Origin: Ophelia neglecta
Lineage: Eukaryota
Length of the DNA stretch: 64,000 nucleotides
Assembly (NCBI GenBank): GCA_965285935.1
Contig: OZ260661.1
Span: 66,154,001 to 66,218,000, forward strand
Direction of reading: 5' to 3'
The notes under the pieces are model-generated. The model was given only the letters and a program-made list of their open reading frames with translations, was not told the origin of the DNA and did no database searches. The position numbers and the translations under genes are program-made. How positions within the stretch are numbered: the stretch's first letter is position 1; every line of letters begins with the position of its first letter. This document shows, piece by piece, positions 1 through 13,158 of this stretch.

Positions 1-111
1 TAACAAAACGCGTTTTTCTATAATCACATTATATTCAGTATCAGGTCGAGTACACTCGCTCCTTAACATTAAGTCTCTGCTTCTAATAAAATTTAGCAAA
101 CTACGGCAAGA

Positions 112-774
112 TTGGTTTATCTCCATTGCAGTTCATTATTTATTAAGGATTTTCTGGCCCCGTATCTAACTGAAACAAAAAGATCTGAAGACGAGTATAT
201 TTGGTTGAAATACAACACACCGGGCAAAGATAAAGATGGGGCAATGCATAAATGGTTCTTCTGTTGTACGTACATACCACCAGAAAATAGTACAAACAAA
301 ACACAAGCCATGGAAATTTTTGATAAATTATCAGACGACATCGTGAGGTTTGAATCAGATAACCATGGCTCGAAAAACCATTATGTAATACTTGGCGATC
401 TCAATGCAAGAATGGGTCGCCTACCTGACTTCATAGAAGGTGATGATGATGAGGGTGTAAATGACATGCTTGACTACACCCCTGACACCTTCATGCCCCG
501 TAACTGCAAGGATATTGTACACAATAATTATGGCAAGAAACTCCAAGAACTATGTATTAAGACAGGTCTGAGAATATTAAATGGCAGAGCAGGTGATGAT
601 GGTGATGGGAAATTCACCTACCATAGCTCACTAGGCAAGTCCGTTGTTGATTACTGTTTAATGTTTGAATCAGACTTTCACCGCATAAAAGAGTTTGAGG
701 TGAAGGACCTTACAGTGTTCTCTGACCACTGCCCTATAAAGGTCTCTATAAACGTTGGCTTGACTGGGGTTTGA
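112..774 (+). pseudogene. LINE apurinic/apyrimidinic-type endonuclease domain (fragment, no true start)
   Basis: YIPPENS, LGDLNARMG, LRILNGR..GD..GKFT, SVVDYC and SDHCPI motifs; frameshifted from the downstream RT. Confidence 0.9.
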
Positions 775-1522
775 AATGGGACCAAAACAAGGCTAATGAC
801 TTAAGAACAGCCATCACTAAAAACCTGTACAAATACCATCTCATTTCTGAAATGAGCGAAAAAGGCGTGAATTGGCAGGTAGATGAATTTACAAAACTAC
901 TACAGGAAGACTGCAGAAAGCATATTGGGGTCGAAAAGCAAATCTCTGTAAATGGAAGACTACCCTGGGAGTCTACCGAGTCATCGGTGCTTATGAAAAA
1001 CTTCCTCAAATGGAGGAATGTGTAGAGTGGCGCGTTAGACTCCGACCGCCAAAACAAAGAAGCCGCACACGACATGATGATGTTCTACAAAAAGGAACAT
1101 CGCAAAAGGGACAAATTCGATAGATATTTGTACCGACAAAAATCAACACGCAAACTCCTCGAATTACAAGCAAAGGATTTGCGTAAATACTGGTCAAAAA
1201 TAAACACTATAGGTAGAAAGGAATGCAACACGCCATCAGTAATCATAGGTGCGTTGACAGACCAGTTTGAGGCAGTACCCAACCCCGCAGACGCTGAAAA
1301 TTATAAACCATCAACTATTACCTAGGCCTATGTCAACAGCGAAGAGGCAAAAGAACCTAAATACCCTGAACTTGACAAGGACATCACTCTGAATGAATTG
1401 ATAAAAGCTATAGGCCTAAACCATGCCAAGAATGGTAAAGCTCGTGCCTGCTTAAATTATTCAATGGTATACTAAGCTCCGGTAGTTTCCCCAAAACCTG
1501 GACCACGGGAGAAATCTCAGCA

Positions 1523-3705
1523 TTGCATAAAAAAGGCTCTTTGACTGACCCATCGAATTACAGGCCAATCACTCTGTTAAGTACCGTGAGTAAACTATTT
1601 ACCGGAATCTTAACACGTATGTCAGACTGGGCCAAAGGCAATGATGTGCTCCTGAAGGAACAGGCGGGTTTTCGGCCAGGCTATAGCACCCTGGACAACC
1701 TATTTATTTTGAGAACACTCGGGGATAGGTGGCGGAGAAAACATAGACCCCTGTACACCTGCATGGTAGATTTTTCGCGCGCCTTCGACCGAGTAGTGCA
1801 CGAAAATGCCTGGTTCAAGATGATAAGACTTGGTATTAGAGGCAAGTTGATGGATACACTAAGATCTATGTACAAATCTGTTAAATCGGTGGTTAAAGAC
1901 TCTTTGGGTAACAGAGGCAACTCATTCAGGTGTCAACTGGGAGTTAGACAGGGGGAAAGGGCTTCCCCGATTATCTTTGCCTTTCTACTAAATGACATTG
2001 ACACCTACCTGCGTGAGAACGCTCCAGATGGGGGAGTAACATGGGAATTACTCAACACCATGATGCTCCTCTATGCTGATGACATGGTCCTTATATCCGA
2101 GTCCCCTGATGGGCTACAAGACCAGCTTAATGCGTTGGCCGACTACTGTGACACATGGTCTCTCCGCGTCAATATTTTGAAGACGAAAGTGTTCGTCTTT
2201 AAGGAGAATAAGGTGCACAGTGAGACCGATTTTTACTTTAAAGGTGACCCACTGGAAGTGGTTCACAGTTTCACATACCTAGGTACAGTCTTAGCTCCCA
2301 ATGCCTGCAGGAAAGCAACAAAGGAATATAACCTACTCAAAGCAAAAAAAAAAGCACAATATCTTCTAGATAAAAAAGTGTACTACCTTGATCTGCCAAT
2401 AAGAGATAGACTAAGGTTGTATGAATCCTGTGTTGAGTCAGTCATGCTTTATGGTTCCGAGCTATGGGGCCACGAAAGGTGTCCACAGCTCGAGGTCTTA
2501 CAGTTAGCATACATAAAAAAGCATCTACAACTCCGCACTAGTACACCGACTGACTGGCTTGTTCTTGAGATAGGTTTCATTCCCATAGAACTCAAGCGTA
2601 AACAACGCATCATTAACTTCTGGTCATCTCTATGCGACCCACGCTCGCATAAAAAACTGTCACATCTCTACTACCGGAATGCAAAACAAACAAACACAAA
2701 TGACTGGTGCAAAGGGGTGAAACAAATTCTGACTGAATACAACATGAGCGAATATTACACTCATGAAAACATTCGGTCTAAAGAATGGTTTTCTGAACAC
2801 TCCAAAACAGAGTCCACCTTGTCTTATGTACTTAAATGTTATGAAAATGTCTGTAACAGTGGTAAAGTGTCTATGTTTAAAGATGTTGTACAATACATAG
2901 GGTACCAGTATGGTGCTCATCACTTGTACTACTTGAGCAATAGTAACGCTCGTGAACTTACAAAATTCAGAATGAATAACCACTACCTAGCCACTGAAAC
3001 AAGCAAATGGTCAAGCGGCTTTAACGTGGATTGTGCCAACTGTGAGACATGTGGGGTAGAGGACAATGCTAAACACTTCATCTTAGAGTGTAACCAGTTT
3101 GAACATCTAAGGTTAAAGTATATCAATGTTTATTACAGGACGAACGCAAACGACAGAAAACTGAATGAGCTGTTTATGACGTCCGACACCCCAACACTAA
3201 GGGAGCGTTCATTATTTATGGCCGGGGGGGGGGGGTACATTTGGGGGGGGGACAGTTTTTTTTCAACCCATTTCCATGGGGGGGGGCAGTTTTTTTTCAA
3301 CCCATTTCCATGGGGGGACAGTTTTTTTTTAGTCTATTCACAGGGTGCGCAATTTTATTTAGAAATATATATTGTACAAAAGTGTGTAGTGAAACTGATA
3401 AAACTTAGCCAAATTCTGTCTTTGATGGGGGGGGGGGGCAATTTTTTTTCACCTATTTCTGAGGGGGGGGGGCAATTTTTTCCCACCTATTTCCAGGGGG
3501 GGGGGCAATTTTTTTTTGACGTACTCATTTCAAAAATTTACCACCACCCCCCCCCCCCCCCCCGGCCATAAATAATGAACGCTCCCTAAACGGCCTGGCA
3601 ATGTACTTGAAAAAAACAGGGAAAATAAAAAAAGAAACTTACAAATGTTATCAAACAATGCACGTCGAAAGCGCACATAACATAGCAAACACTTTCATTA
3701 ATTGA
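1523..3705 (+). pseudogene. LINE reverse transcriptase plus C-terminal Cys/His domain, interrupted by a MITE at 3201-3586
   Basis: The RT core has LLYADD. Removing the MITE and one TAA restores ...SDTPTL-NGLAMYLKKTGKIKKETYKCYQTMHVESAHNIANTFIN*. The end coordinate is approximate. Confidence 0.9.
3201..3586. mobile_element. PIF/Harbinger (Tourist-like) MITE, copy 1
   Basis: Perfect TIRs GGGAGCGTTCATTATTTATGGCCGGGGG...CCCCGGCCATAAATAATGAACGCTCCC; TAA duplicated at 3198-3200 and 3587-3589; internal G-run/T-run subrepeats; near-identical inverted copy at 43803-44180. Confidence 0.93.
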
Positions 3706-6173
3706 CTATTTATACCTGAATCTGACGCTTTATTCCACCATGCGCATTGCATGTGCCATGTAGTTTTGAATGTATTAATGTAAAACAGGATGTATAATGT
3801 AAACCCGAATGTATGAAGTTACCATCTATGGGATATCAGAATGGTACAACATGTTTATTCTAGTAGGCGGGAGATTTCCTTTGTACTAAAATGTTATATT
3901 TTTCATTATAATGACAACTACTGTATATATCATTATTATAGTGTGTCATTGACGGTCATGTATTATTGTATTGTATACCACTGCGAAGTTTAAAATTTTT
4001 CTGTTCACAAAAGGCGTGAAGCAGGTTGAGATTTTAACTTTTCACATATTTCTCACACTCATTCACTGTTCTTCTCTATTGGTACAAATGCAAATGTGTT
4101 AACCGTTTGTAGCTTGTAAAACCAGCTGAGGTTGAAACACAATAAAGATGATTTGATGATTTGATTATTCAGCTGAGCTCCCACTTCAAGAGTTTATTAT
4201 GTGACAACGCTGCATATTCCAGGCATGATATGGAGAACCGACCTTGGGTTTAATTCGAATCCGAATATGTTTCAATGCCACTTGGAAGAGTTAAATGATC
4301 TGTGACTATGAAGGAACCTATAATTATGTATTGTCTATAGAGCATATGTATTAAAGATATACCTTAGGTCGTAGTTAATTCACATATGCTAATTTGTAGG
4401 CTTATCTATACATGTATATATATCACTAGAAATTACCCCTGACGAAATGATTATATGGGTGACTAGGAATTAAGCAATTTAATGTAGGTTTTCCTATGCA
4501 CATATATTGCGCCCATAGCGTGGCATGGCTTTAACGGATTTCGAAGCAGGTAAGATAGTGTTTTATATAGATTTACAAAGACTCAATATTCGATTTTTTA
4601 GCGTCCTATACCCAATGTCCTTAATTTGATCAGTTCGCTGGAAAGGGATTTGAACAAATATAACGAAAGTAATAATAATAATTGTCGATGGCTATATTTT
4701 CTGGCGTAAAGGCGTAATTCCATCGCCTTGTTCAAAGCTGTTAGCATATTGAAATAATTTTCGTCGCGAAAACACTATTTGATGAAAACCATAGACTTGG
4801 CATGCACCACCCAAGCCAATGGAATCAAAGGAACCAGAACGGTTACGATGGTTCTGCAATTTGAGGGAAATATTGGTAAATTGCCGGATTAATGGTAAAT
4901 TCTTGTAGTGATTGATTGATCGCACTGTGAATCCACGATTTTAGTAAGTTATTATGTCGATACCTAGGAGAAATTGATTATTCAGGTCAATGAATTAAAA
5001 ACATTTTTTTATTCAATTTCTACCAGCACTTTTAGCCATTGTAGTCCTCCTGATACTGGCTGTAATAATCGTTTTTACTTACCTTTGGCTCCACCCACAA
5101 CCAGGACAATGCTGTGATTGCAGGTTAGCTTAGATTCATATAATCATTATCTGAATAATTTGATCTTTCTGTATTTTACATTAGTATTTTAAATTCCAAC
5201 TTGTTTTATTATTTTGCGATTTGCCTCTACATTATAGCTTTGGTGGTTTTAGTTACATGTATGCAGATTTAGTCTTATAAGAGTGCCTGCCTATTGTACC
5301 AGATTTAAAAAAAACTTTCTCGCATGCTCAAAAATTTAAATGAAATTAAGGTTTAGCATTGGTCTAAATCTTTTTATTTAGGACCAAGAAATTCATACGT
5401 GCTACCCCATTTATATACGACGACGATACCCTGAGTTTGAGCGGCATTCCTTACACAATAGCTAACCCTTACCAAAGTGGAAAATCCTCAAAATGTATAG
5501 TGCATCCGAAATATGGTGCAGGTATATGAAACTTGTTTAAAATATGAAATTAAGTAATCTGTTAATTTAATATTTGATATTTCAAAAGACTCGTCTCTTT
5601 TGTAAATGAATAGACATAGTTAGCATTCAACTTGGAAAATAATACGTTTTCGTTAATTATTTTGCTACTGAATATAGAGTAACCTTCCGGTTTTATTCTT
5701 TCTTAAAGATGGTAATATTTGGACAAGTAGAACTGCTCCTCGAGAGAATATATCCGAGCAATACTTGAAGTCAGAAAACAAAATTGATAATCACCTGATT
5801 GGAACTGTTTTAGAAGAACAACCGATCCCGTTAATCAAGAACTAGCTAGGTACATTCATATAATTATCCAAAAAGCACATAGTTTACCTAAAATTATATA
5901 GTTGTCATTTTTGTGTTTTAATGTGTCTATCTAATGAACCGTTTATTAAGTCCGTTCAACTGTGAAGCTTCGTACACTGAAACATGATTATCTTTAAGTT
6001 TTAAGCTGAAAAACGCACACCTACCAATAAAAATCCAAGACAGTGGTAAATTCTTGTTTGTCAATGTTAATTATGTGTCATACCATGTCTGGAGTAGCTT
6101 GTTGATAACATTGCTTTTATTGCAGGTCGTTTTCACAAAAGTTTCTTTATTTAAGGCCGAAAGGATCAAACAA

Positions 6174-8094
6174 ATGGCAAGAGACAAAGGCATGAACGTG
6201 TTCTCTGTTATAGCGACTGTCCTTCTGACGTACATTCTAGAAGTGAACACCTGTCCAGCAGGCTGCCAGTGTTCTCAACTAGATCCGTATTACGTGACTG
6301 TCAAATGTCTCAATGTGCAGAGATTTCCCTCCGTGAGCGATTATCCAAATTTTACCAAAGAAATACAAATTTCGTTGGTAGGTAATCCAGGGGTTCCACC
6401 GAGGGCGTTTGCCGGCTTGGGAGACATTGTATCCATTCACCTTTCTGGTGACATTGGAACCGTCAATGGAGAAGCTTTCGTCGCTATAACCACAAGTTCT
6501 TCTCGCACAGCTAGTATAACATTGTCTGGGAGAATTAACTCGATTAATACCGCAGCCTTCAGACAAAATACAGAATTCGACATTCTCAAATTTGAAGATG
6601 TGATCATAAACACAATTGAACAATTCGCGTTTGACAATTCACATTTTGTGAAAATCGAATTCATGGAAGCAACCATCAATAGAATATCGGGATTTGCATT
6701 TAGAAACACGGATCTCAGTCAAAATTTTGTGATAAAGAATTCTAGAATTAACCAAGTACAGACGTGTGCCTTCAGTGGTATCAAAAATCCGTCTATTTTT
6801 GAGATAAGATTAACCACTTTAGAAGACGTCCAAGAGTATGCTTTTGCAGATGTTACGATGAGAGTATATAGAACTGGATCAAAGACGTACGTCAGGATAA
6901 ACAATTGTACTTTTTTGTCCGTGGCTGCGACAGCGTTCATCAATATGAGGGCTGTGAGTTCCTACGAGTTTAAATCTAACATAATCCCGATACATCTACA
7001 GCTGTCCCCGGAAGGCAGCACGCCAGATTTAGTGTGTCACCAAGAGTCGTTACAACGTAAGTCCTATATATTTGCCTACTTTAATTAATAATGTCACCTA
7101 TCAAAATAAATTGACATTTTGTCCAATTTTTGATTAACCAATGAAATAATTATCAATAATAAAACAAAAAGTGATCAACAATTCAGATATTTGAAATATA
7201 GTCGTTTAACGACATTTTATTTTCTATTCAACATATAAGAATATATCAAATAATTAGGCAGCTTATTTTCCATTCTATTATTTCAGCGACTTCCATCCAA
7301 ACAACAGCTGCATTAAAGATTGAAAAGACGCCATCCTGGGAGAATACCCGTGAAACTTTGTCTGCCGGAGCGAAAACCCATGTGAACCTAGTGAGAAATT
7401 ACTCTCTTAAGTTATGCGGTTTTAAACAGGCGTCAATATTACTATTCATCGTTTTGTGTACAAATATATTTCATAAGGACCATTTCAATTGACAAAGGTC
7501 ACAACCGTATCCTTTTTGGAGAATATGACTGATATGACATCTGATGTGGGTCTAACAGCTTCTGGACAACCACCGGAAGTGACATCATCATACAATTCAG
7601 AAGAGGGCAATGCCGGAAAGTCAACTTCAGAGTCGTCGAAATTATCAACGCTATCCATAAGTAAACAACGTCAAGTAACACGTACCATTTCTTTGTATAT
7701 GTGATAATTAATCTTATCTTAGTGTCTTATTTCTTTTGTCCTTTTTAACCTTTCCCAAATGTTTTTTTTTCCAGTTCTGATAATTATGATGGTAGTCTTG
7801 CTGTTAATACTCGTCATATTAATAATAGCCGTCTTCGTGAGAAAGCAAAACATTGAGTGAGTATTTAACAAAACATAACAAACATTATTGACAATTATTA
7901 TTACGCCAAAATTAGTTTGTTTCTAACGTTAGTCTTATACGATACCCACATTATTATTTAATAATAAAAATAGTAATGATGTTTTATAGGGTACCACATT
8001 TGTGATTACTTATAAGTTTGTTTGAAATTTCAGAAGAGGAAAAATTAAACCAGAGAATCCAACTCATTATTACGTAGAAGACCCAGCTTATTGA
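6174..8094 (+). CDS. LRR-mucin type I membrane protein, paralog A (about 430 aa)
   Basis: Exons 6174-7056, 7287-7390, 7498-7660, 7775-7856, 8034-8094 (GT-AG, phases 1,0,1,2; the exon 2/3 boundaries are least certain). Signal peptide, CPAGCQC..C cap, IxxIxxxAF repeats, S/T stalk, TM IILIIMMVVLLLILVILIIAVFV, tail RKQNIERGKIKPENPTHYYVEDPAY*. An acceptor at 6125 suggests an upstream non-coding exon. AATAAA at 8194. Confidence 0.85.
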
Positions 8095-9143
8095 TAACTA
8101 TTTTAAAGTTTACTTTCATTGGTATGTAAACAAGTGGTAATTATCACAGGCGTATATTTTGACAATTTCTTTATTAGTTTAATGTTAATGACCAATAAAG
8201 GCCAATTGGCTTCTTAACTCATCTGTTTTTCTTCTTTGTTCAATCTTTTTCCAATCGATTTTGGTTAAGACAAAACTCCAAATGGTTATCTTCAAACTGT
8301 ATTTACAATAGCGTACCGAGAGGTAGGCCTATGTCTACGTTTAATACTAACTTGTCAGTTAGAGAAAGAAAAGTGTGATGTCAGTTTTAATCATTTCAGG
8401 GAAACAATGACTTATATACATCTTCTAATAAAAATGCCTCAATTAGCAAACTTTCTGCTGTTTGCATGACAAGGCAACCATTACTAAAAAAGCAAACACG
8501 GCTTATTTGTATGCCTAACGTAACCTCAACAAGTACCTAGGCCTTCTATCTCCCGTCTTACCAACGCACGTTTTAAACAAATAATAATAATTATGGTCAA
8601 CAGAATTTAATATGGAATACTATTACAATTAAGAGAAGGTCTTCTTCATACAACAATTTACAGGACATAAATGGTGGCCATTTAGGATTAATGCAAATTA
8701 CATTCAGTCGAGGACATTTGAAATCATTTCCCCGGGCCATCAGCAATACAATTAATGGGGCGAAACAGTTGAAACATAGTTGGTTTCTTATCGATATGGG
8801 ACATATGTCAAATTAGCTATGTTTGTCTTTGATAGGGTAGATCACAGCATGCACAAACCGTTTAGCAGCCTACGCTAGATTTAGCTACCTACCGGCCCAA
8901 AAGCAACTCTTCCATTGCTAAAGTTTACACGTCTAAACAAGCACTAAAAGAAGGTCACGTGGTACTTTTTACATTCAACCAGGCAAAAAAAGCTGCCAAG
9001 CGGTTGTCAAACTGTATTAAAATAATGGCCCAGTCGAGTCACGATCCCAATCATACACCATGAACTGCTCGGTTCCGGATGGTGTTCTTAATGAATTCTC
9101 CTTAACGACCAGCAATATTATTAAGAGATCAGATATAATGAAT

Positions 9144-9214
9144 CACGTGCTAATAACTTGGTCTAACGAATATCTAATAAACAGAAATCAACATGGTTTG
9201 CAGGATTATATAAG
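9144..9214 (+). promoter_or_regulatory. Candidate promoter of paralog B (E-box CACGTG + TATA)
   Basis: CACGTG at 9144-9149 and TATATAAG at 9207-9214, about 100 nt upstream of ATG 9316. Motif match only. Confidence 0.35.
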
Positions 9215-9315
9215 TGTAAATACCAATGACTATGAGGCTCTTGATGCGCTTAGAACATAAACGAGAAATTGAAGGCTCAATCTATTAGAAATTCGAAAGT
9301 CGAACAAGATTGAAA

Positions 9316-11718
9316 ATGGAGCACTTTGCTGCCTTATTGTTTATATTTTGTTTAGGTTTACATTGTTTTTCTGGTAGCAGTGCGTGTAATGAGGGTTGTG
9401 TGTGCGAGCTTGACCCTGCTGGTTACATCTCAATGTCGTGTGTCGGAGAAACTATCCCTTCTCCAATACAGAACGATGTGAAATTTCTAGTGCTTGAATT
9501 CACTAATATGAAAACCCTGCCGAGGAATGCCATCCAAGGTCTGCGCAATATGGTATACATCCAGATCGGGGGAAATATTGGAAACATCCAAAGTGGAGCC
9601 ATCACCGATATCACCGGAACAGGAAATAGCCCTAGTGAATTTCGATTGACCGGTACCATTGACAAAGTCGAGGACGAGGCTTTCGATAAAATTTCCTACT
9701 TTTCGATTTTCAAATTTGACGGCATTCTTATCCAAACCATAGAAACGTTCGGTTTTCAAAACCTGGTGATTGATTCTATGTTATTTGAGAGTTCAATTAT
9801 TCACCATATTGAGCCGTATGCATTTGAAAACGTACAAATCACAGGTGAATTCCAGATGTCGCGTACATCTATGGATACTGTACAACCATGTGCTTTCGGA
9901 GGGGTTCGAGATGCCAAGAAGTTCTTCCTAAAGTTCAGCAGCATCAGCTTCGTGCAAGAATATGCATTTGGAGGAATTACAAACATTCAAACATTCTCTC
10001 TCGAGCAGGTAATTGTTAACGGAGGCCACGAGAAGGCTCTCCAAGGTATGTCTGGAGTAAATCTCCTAAACATCTACGGTTATGGTAATACCCTGCCCGC
10101 CAGTCTGATCCATCCCGGTCTCTCCGTCACCAACATCCGGCAGATCTGTCTCGGATACAGTCCCAGCCTCAAGTTCCTTGGTAAGACCGCTGTGTGCTTT
10201 GATATGATAGTGATTCAGCTTGTTAGATCACTATTTTCTTATCTATATCAGGCCAATAAAAATCCATACATTTGTGATAACAGTTTAGGTGGATTGCCCT
10301 AGCCGTACCTATCTTACATAAATATCACATGTAGAACTCGTAAAAGCAAAACTTACATTTCCGTTTTGAACATCGTTTACAACTTCATTGCAGCTACAGG
10401 GGCACTTCCCAATTCGACTACAGGTGTTTCAGGGTTATCACTAACGACCCAGGCTGTCAGTGTTCTGCCTGTCGATTCCAATATCACAGTTTCGCCAGCA
10501 GTCAGCAGTGGTGCATCATCGGTGTGATTGCTCTTTTGTATTTTTAAAGCTATTTAGTACACACATCGGGTCTATTTTGTATTAATGTCATGGGAACAAT
10601 TGATCTTAGTAATAATAAAATGATTGTCAATAACTATAAAGATAAATTACAGTGTACTTTGAAGATTCTTTTATTAATAAATCAAAAATCACAAATTCTA
10701 AAACTCATGTATAAAGAATGAAATTAGCATTGTGAAATTTTTGTTTCGCACAAATGTCAGTCCAGTGTTTCCTAATTGATAAATTATTTAAACTTTTTAT
10801 TCAGATTTGTTCATAGGGAACATTTAAATGGGAAATGGATGTGAGGAATAACCTTTCATGTTAAATTTTCTTCAAGAAAGACCCAACACAATCTGACAAT
10901 GGGGTTGTACCAGCGGTCACACCGAAGCCATCGTTCAGCCAGACGACACCCAATCCTTCCGCCGATTATGGTACAAATGGATCCGGACAGGGGAATGGAA
11001 GTAACCCAAGTTCTAGTGCCTCAAATACAACGACAGATTTCTTCAATCATCTCGGAATTTCAGAAATCAGTAAGTCTTGGTACATTTATTTCCATTGCAC
11101 TATATACATGTAGGTTATGAATAAAATACGTATTATTTGAATATTGAGCTTTCTGGGTGATTCAATGATAGTTATTATCTGTTACCGTCTGTTTCAATGC
11201 ACGTTCAATTTCAGAGAATGTCCTTATTTGACAAACGTTCTCATAAAGCCCGTTTTAATGTTTGTTATTTTTGCCCACAGTTCTGATCATCATTTTGATA
11301 CTACTCGTTCTGATTATCATCTTGATGATTGTCCTGGTTGTGTTATATTGGAGAAAACGGTAATACAGATAACAACGTTATATGAAAATTGTTTGGATCT
11401 AAAGAAATGCAATAACTTCAGAATTTGTTGTGTTGCGTCGACTCTTTATGCTCTACTGATCCTTTTATCTCCTCAGAAGAAACAAAGTTTATCCCGAAGA
11501 AGTTCAGACGGATAAATGTAGAAATTCACCCCCAGAGCCTATCACGACAGGGGATAACCACTTTGATGCTAGAGAACCGTTTCATAGCGACACAGAAGGC
11601 AAGTTGTTCTTCATAGTCACAACTACGTAATATTTTTATTAACGATAAGAAATTCTCTGGGACTGTGAACTGTCTTCTTCTACAGGTTTTTTTTTGCATG
11701 ACAGTGCATCCTTATTAA
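9316..11718 (+). CDS. LRR-mucin type I membrane protein, paralog B (about 466 aa)
   Basis: Exons 9316-10180, 10394-10521, 10877-11069, 11281-11359, 11477-11598, 11705-11718 (phases 1,0,1,2,1). The last donor is AG|GCAAGT; without that splice the stop is at 11630. Signal peptide, CNEGCVC..C cap, LRRs, PCAFGG, NIRQIC, S/T/G stalk, TM IILIIILILLVLIIILMIVLVVLYW, tail RKRRNKVYPEE... Confidence 0.87.
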
Positions 11719-11888
11719 GTGTCTATTTCAAGTTTCGTCTATTCACTGTTTTGAAAATTAATTACAAGAAGGACATATCATTACAGAACATCTCGTTCCA
11801 AGAAAAAAGAAAAAAAGAAAATCCAAATACAAGGGAAACGGTTTTCCCGAAAATATCGATGTCAACAGTCATCATCGTGACGTCACTG

Positions 11889-12066
11889 AGCAACGGTACT
11901 AAACCAGGGTCGAGTGAAAGCAGATTAATGACAAGTAACTGATATAAAATTGCTTATAATTATCCTTAAGCCATTTTTATAGCAACGGTACTAAACCTTG
12001 GTTGAGAGTAAAAACGGACTGATGACTTTTGCTGATACAAAATCGCCTATAATCATCTTTAAGCCA
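11889..12066. repeat. Two-copy 92-bp diverged tandem duplication downstream of paralog B
   Basis: AGCAACGGTACTAAACC...TAAGCCA starts at 11889 and again at 11981. Confidence 0.8.
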
Positions 12067-13158
12067 ATTATGGGTTAAAAGTAGTCCATCATGCTTTTAT
12101 GAAATATAGGCAACAGTTTAGAATGGGTAGACAGAATTTACTGGAAATTTCTTTGTGAAATTAGTGCTAGTTTTTAACCTCAAAGGGCGTTTTTCTGAAT
12201 CAGGACCGCTAATATGATTTTAGCTCCTATGTGTTAGTTACATTTTTGTGAAATGATTTTTATCGGCAAAATTGTGTTTATAATTTTTGTGTGTGTGTGG
12301 ATATACACACACAATATGTGTGTATAGGACAATATATTTGCACGGATAAAGATTAACTTGCTACAAATATTGGGACGCCCGAGTCCATCATCAACAGCTT
12401 TCATTATTATGTCAAAAGGTTCTTATAGTGTGCAATCTATTATATAATAGTAATAATAATAATAAATCAATGAATCTCATATATGGTTTTAAAAGCACTG
12501 CATGGAAGTTTGTCATAATCTAGACCTATCTGTTATCTCAACAACAATATTGTAAAGAACACATAAATACGTTCTGAAATATAATAAATATTCAGTTATA
12601 CCTTTTAAATGACTATCTAGAACAAGTATAAAACTCCATTGCTTAACAGATAATAACATTTCACATGAATTGAAATTAAAGTAATCTCCAAGATAAAGTG
12701 TGCCTTTTGTAGAGCCTTGAAGTAATCAAGTCAGTCAGAGAATCAATAAAATTATTATTCATATCAGTTTTCTTTCGATGCCAATTTCAATCACAAGCAC
12801 TTGGTTTCTTTAAGACTGAAATCTGCAGATATGCCACTTTTCTAGCCAGTCGATCAAGGTAAATAAGCCATAGCTACCATGCGTTAGTGTTGAAGTGCCT
12901 GATCAAGGGCACGTGACTTTTATGTTCCTAACGTTCTATATGTAGTCAGCGATGACACTGTGCAACTAACTACAGTTTGTGTTGGCGGAGTAAACACTCT
13001 GCCTTTAGATCGCCAAGAATGATATATCCACATAGTTCTCATATCATGGTAGCGGACTAAGAAATAGTCAAATATTCCACTTGCTGTATGTTTTGGGGTA
13101 CTTGTTACACTGTCAGAAGAAAACACTGCGTTCTTCATTCAACACGACACCCCACAAT

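Larger units (their letters stand above)
39..4165 (+). mobile_element. 5'-truncated, inactivated non-LTR retrotransposon (LINE; RTE-X/CR1-group-like)
   Basis: The 112..774 frame has APE endonuclease motifs (YIPP, ILGDLNAR, ILNGR, SVVDY, SDHCPI). The 1523.. frame has RT motifs (NYRPITLL, QAGFRPG, VDFSRAFD, GVRQG, LLYADD, YLG) and a C-terminal CETC..ED..HF..EC. Frameshifts and stops lie between 774 and 1523. The 3' end is AATAAA (4141) plus a (GATGATTT) tandem tail, and TATTCAG at 32-38 and 4166-4172 is a candidate TSD. The clade call is from motif memory only. Confidence 0.93.

Noticed and set aside
3201-3571. Gly/Phe-rich C-terminal extension of the 682-aa ORF, and ORFs 43894..44169 and 43919..44146
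   Set aside because: These are translations of the non-coding MITE; removing it restores a normal LINE C-terminus.
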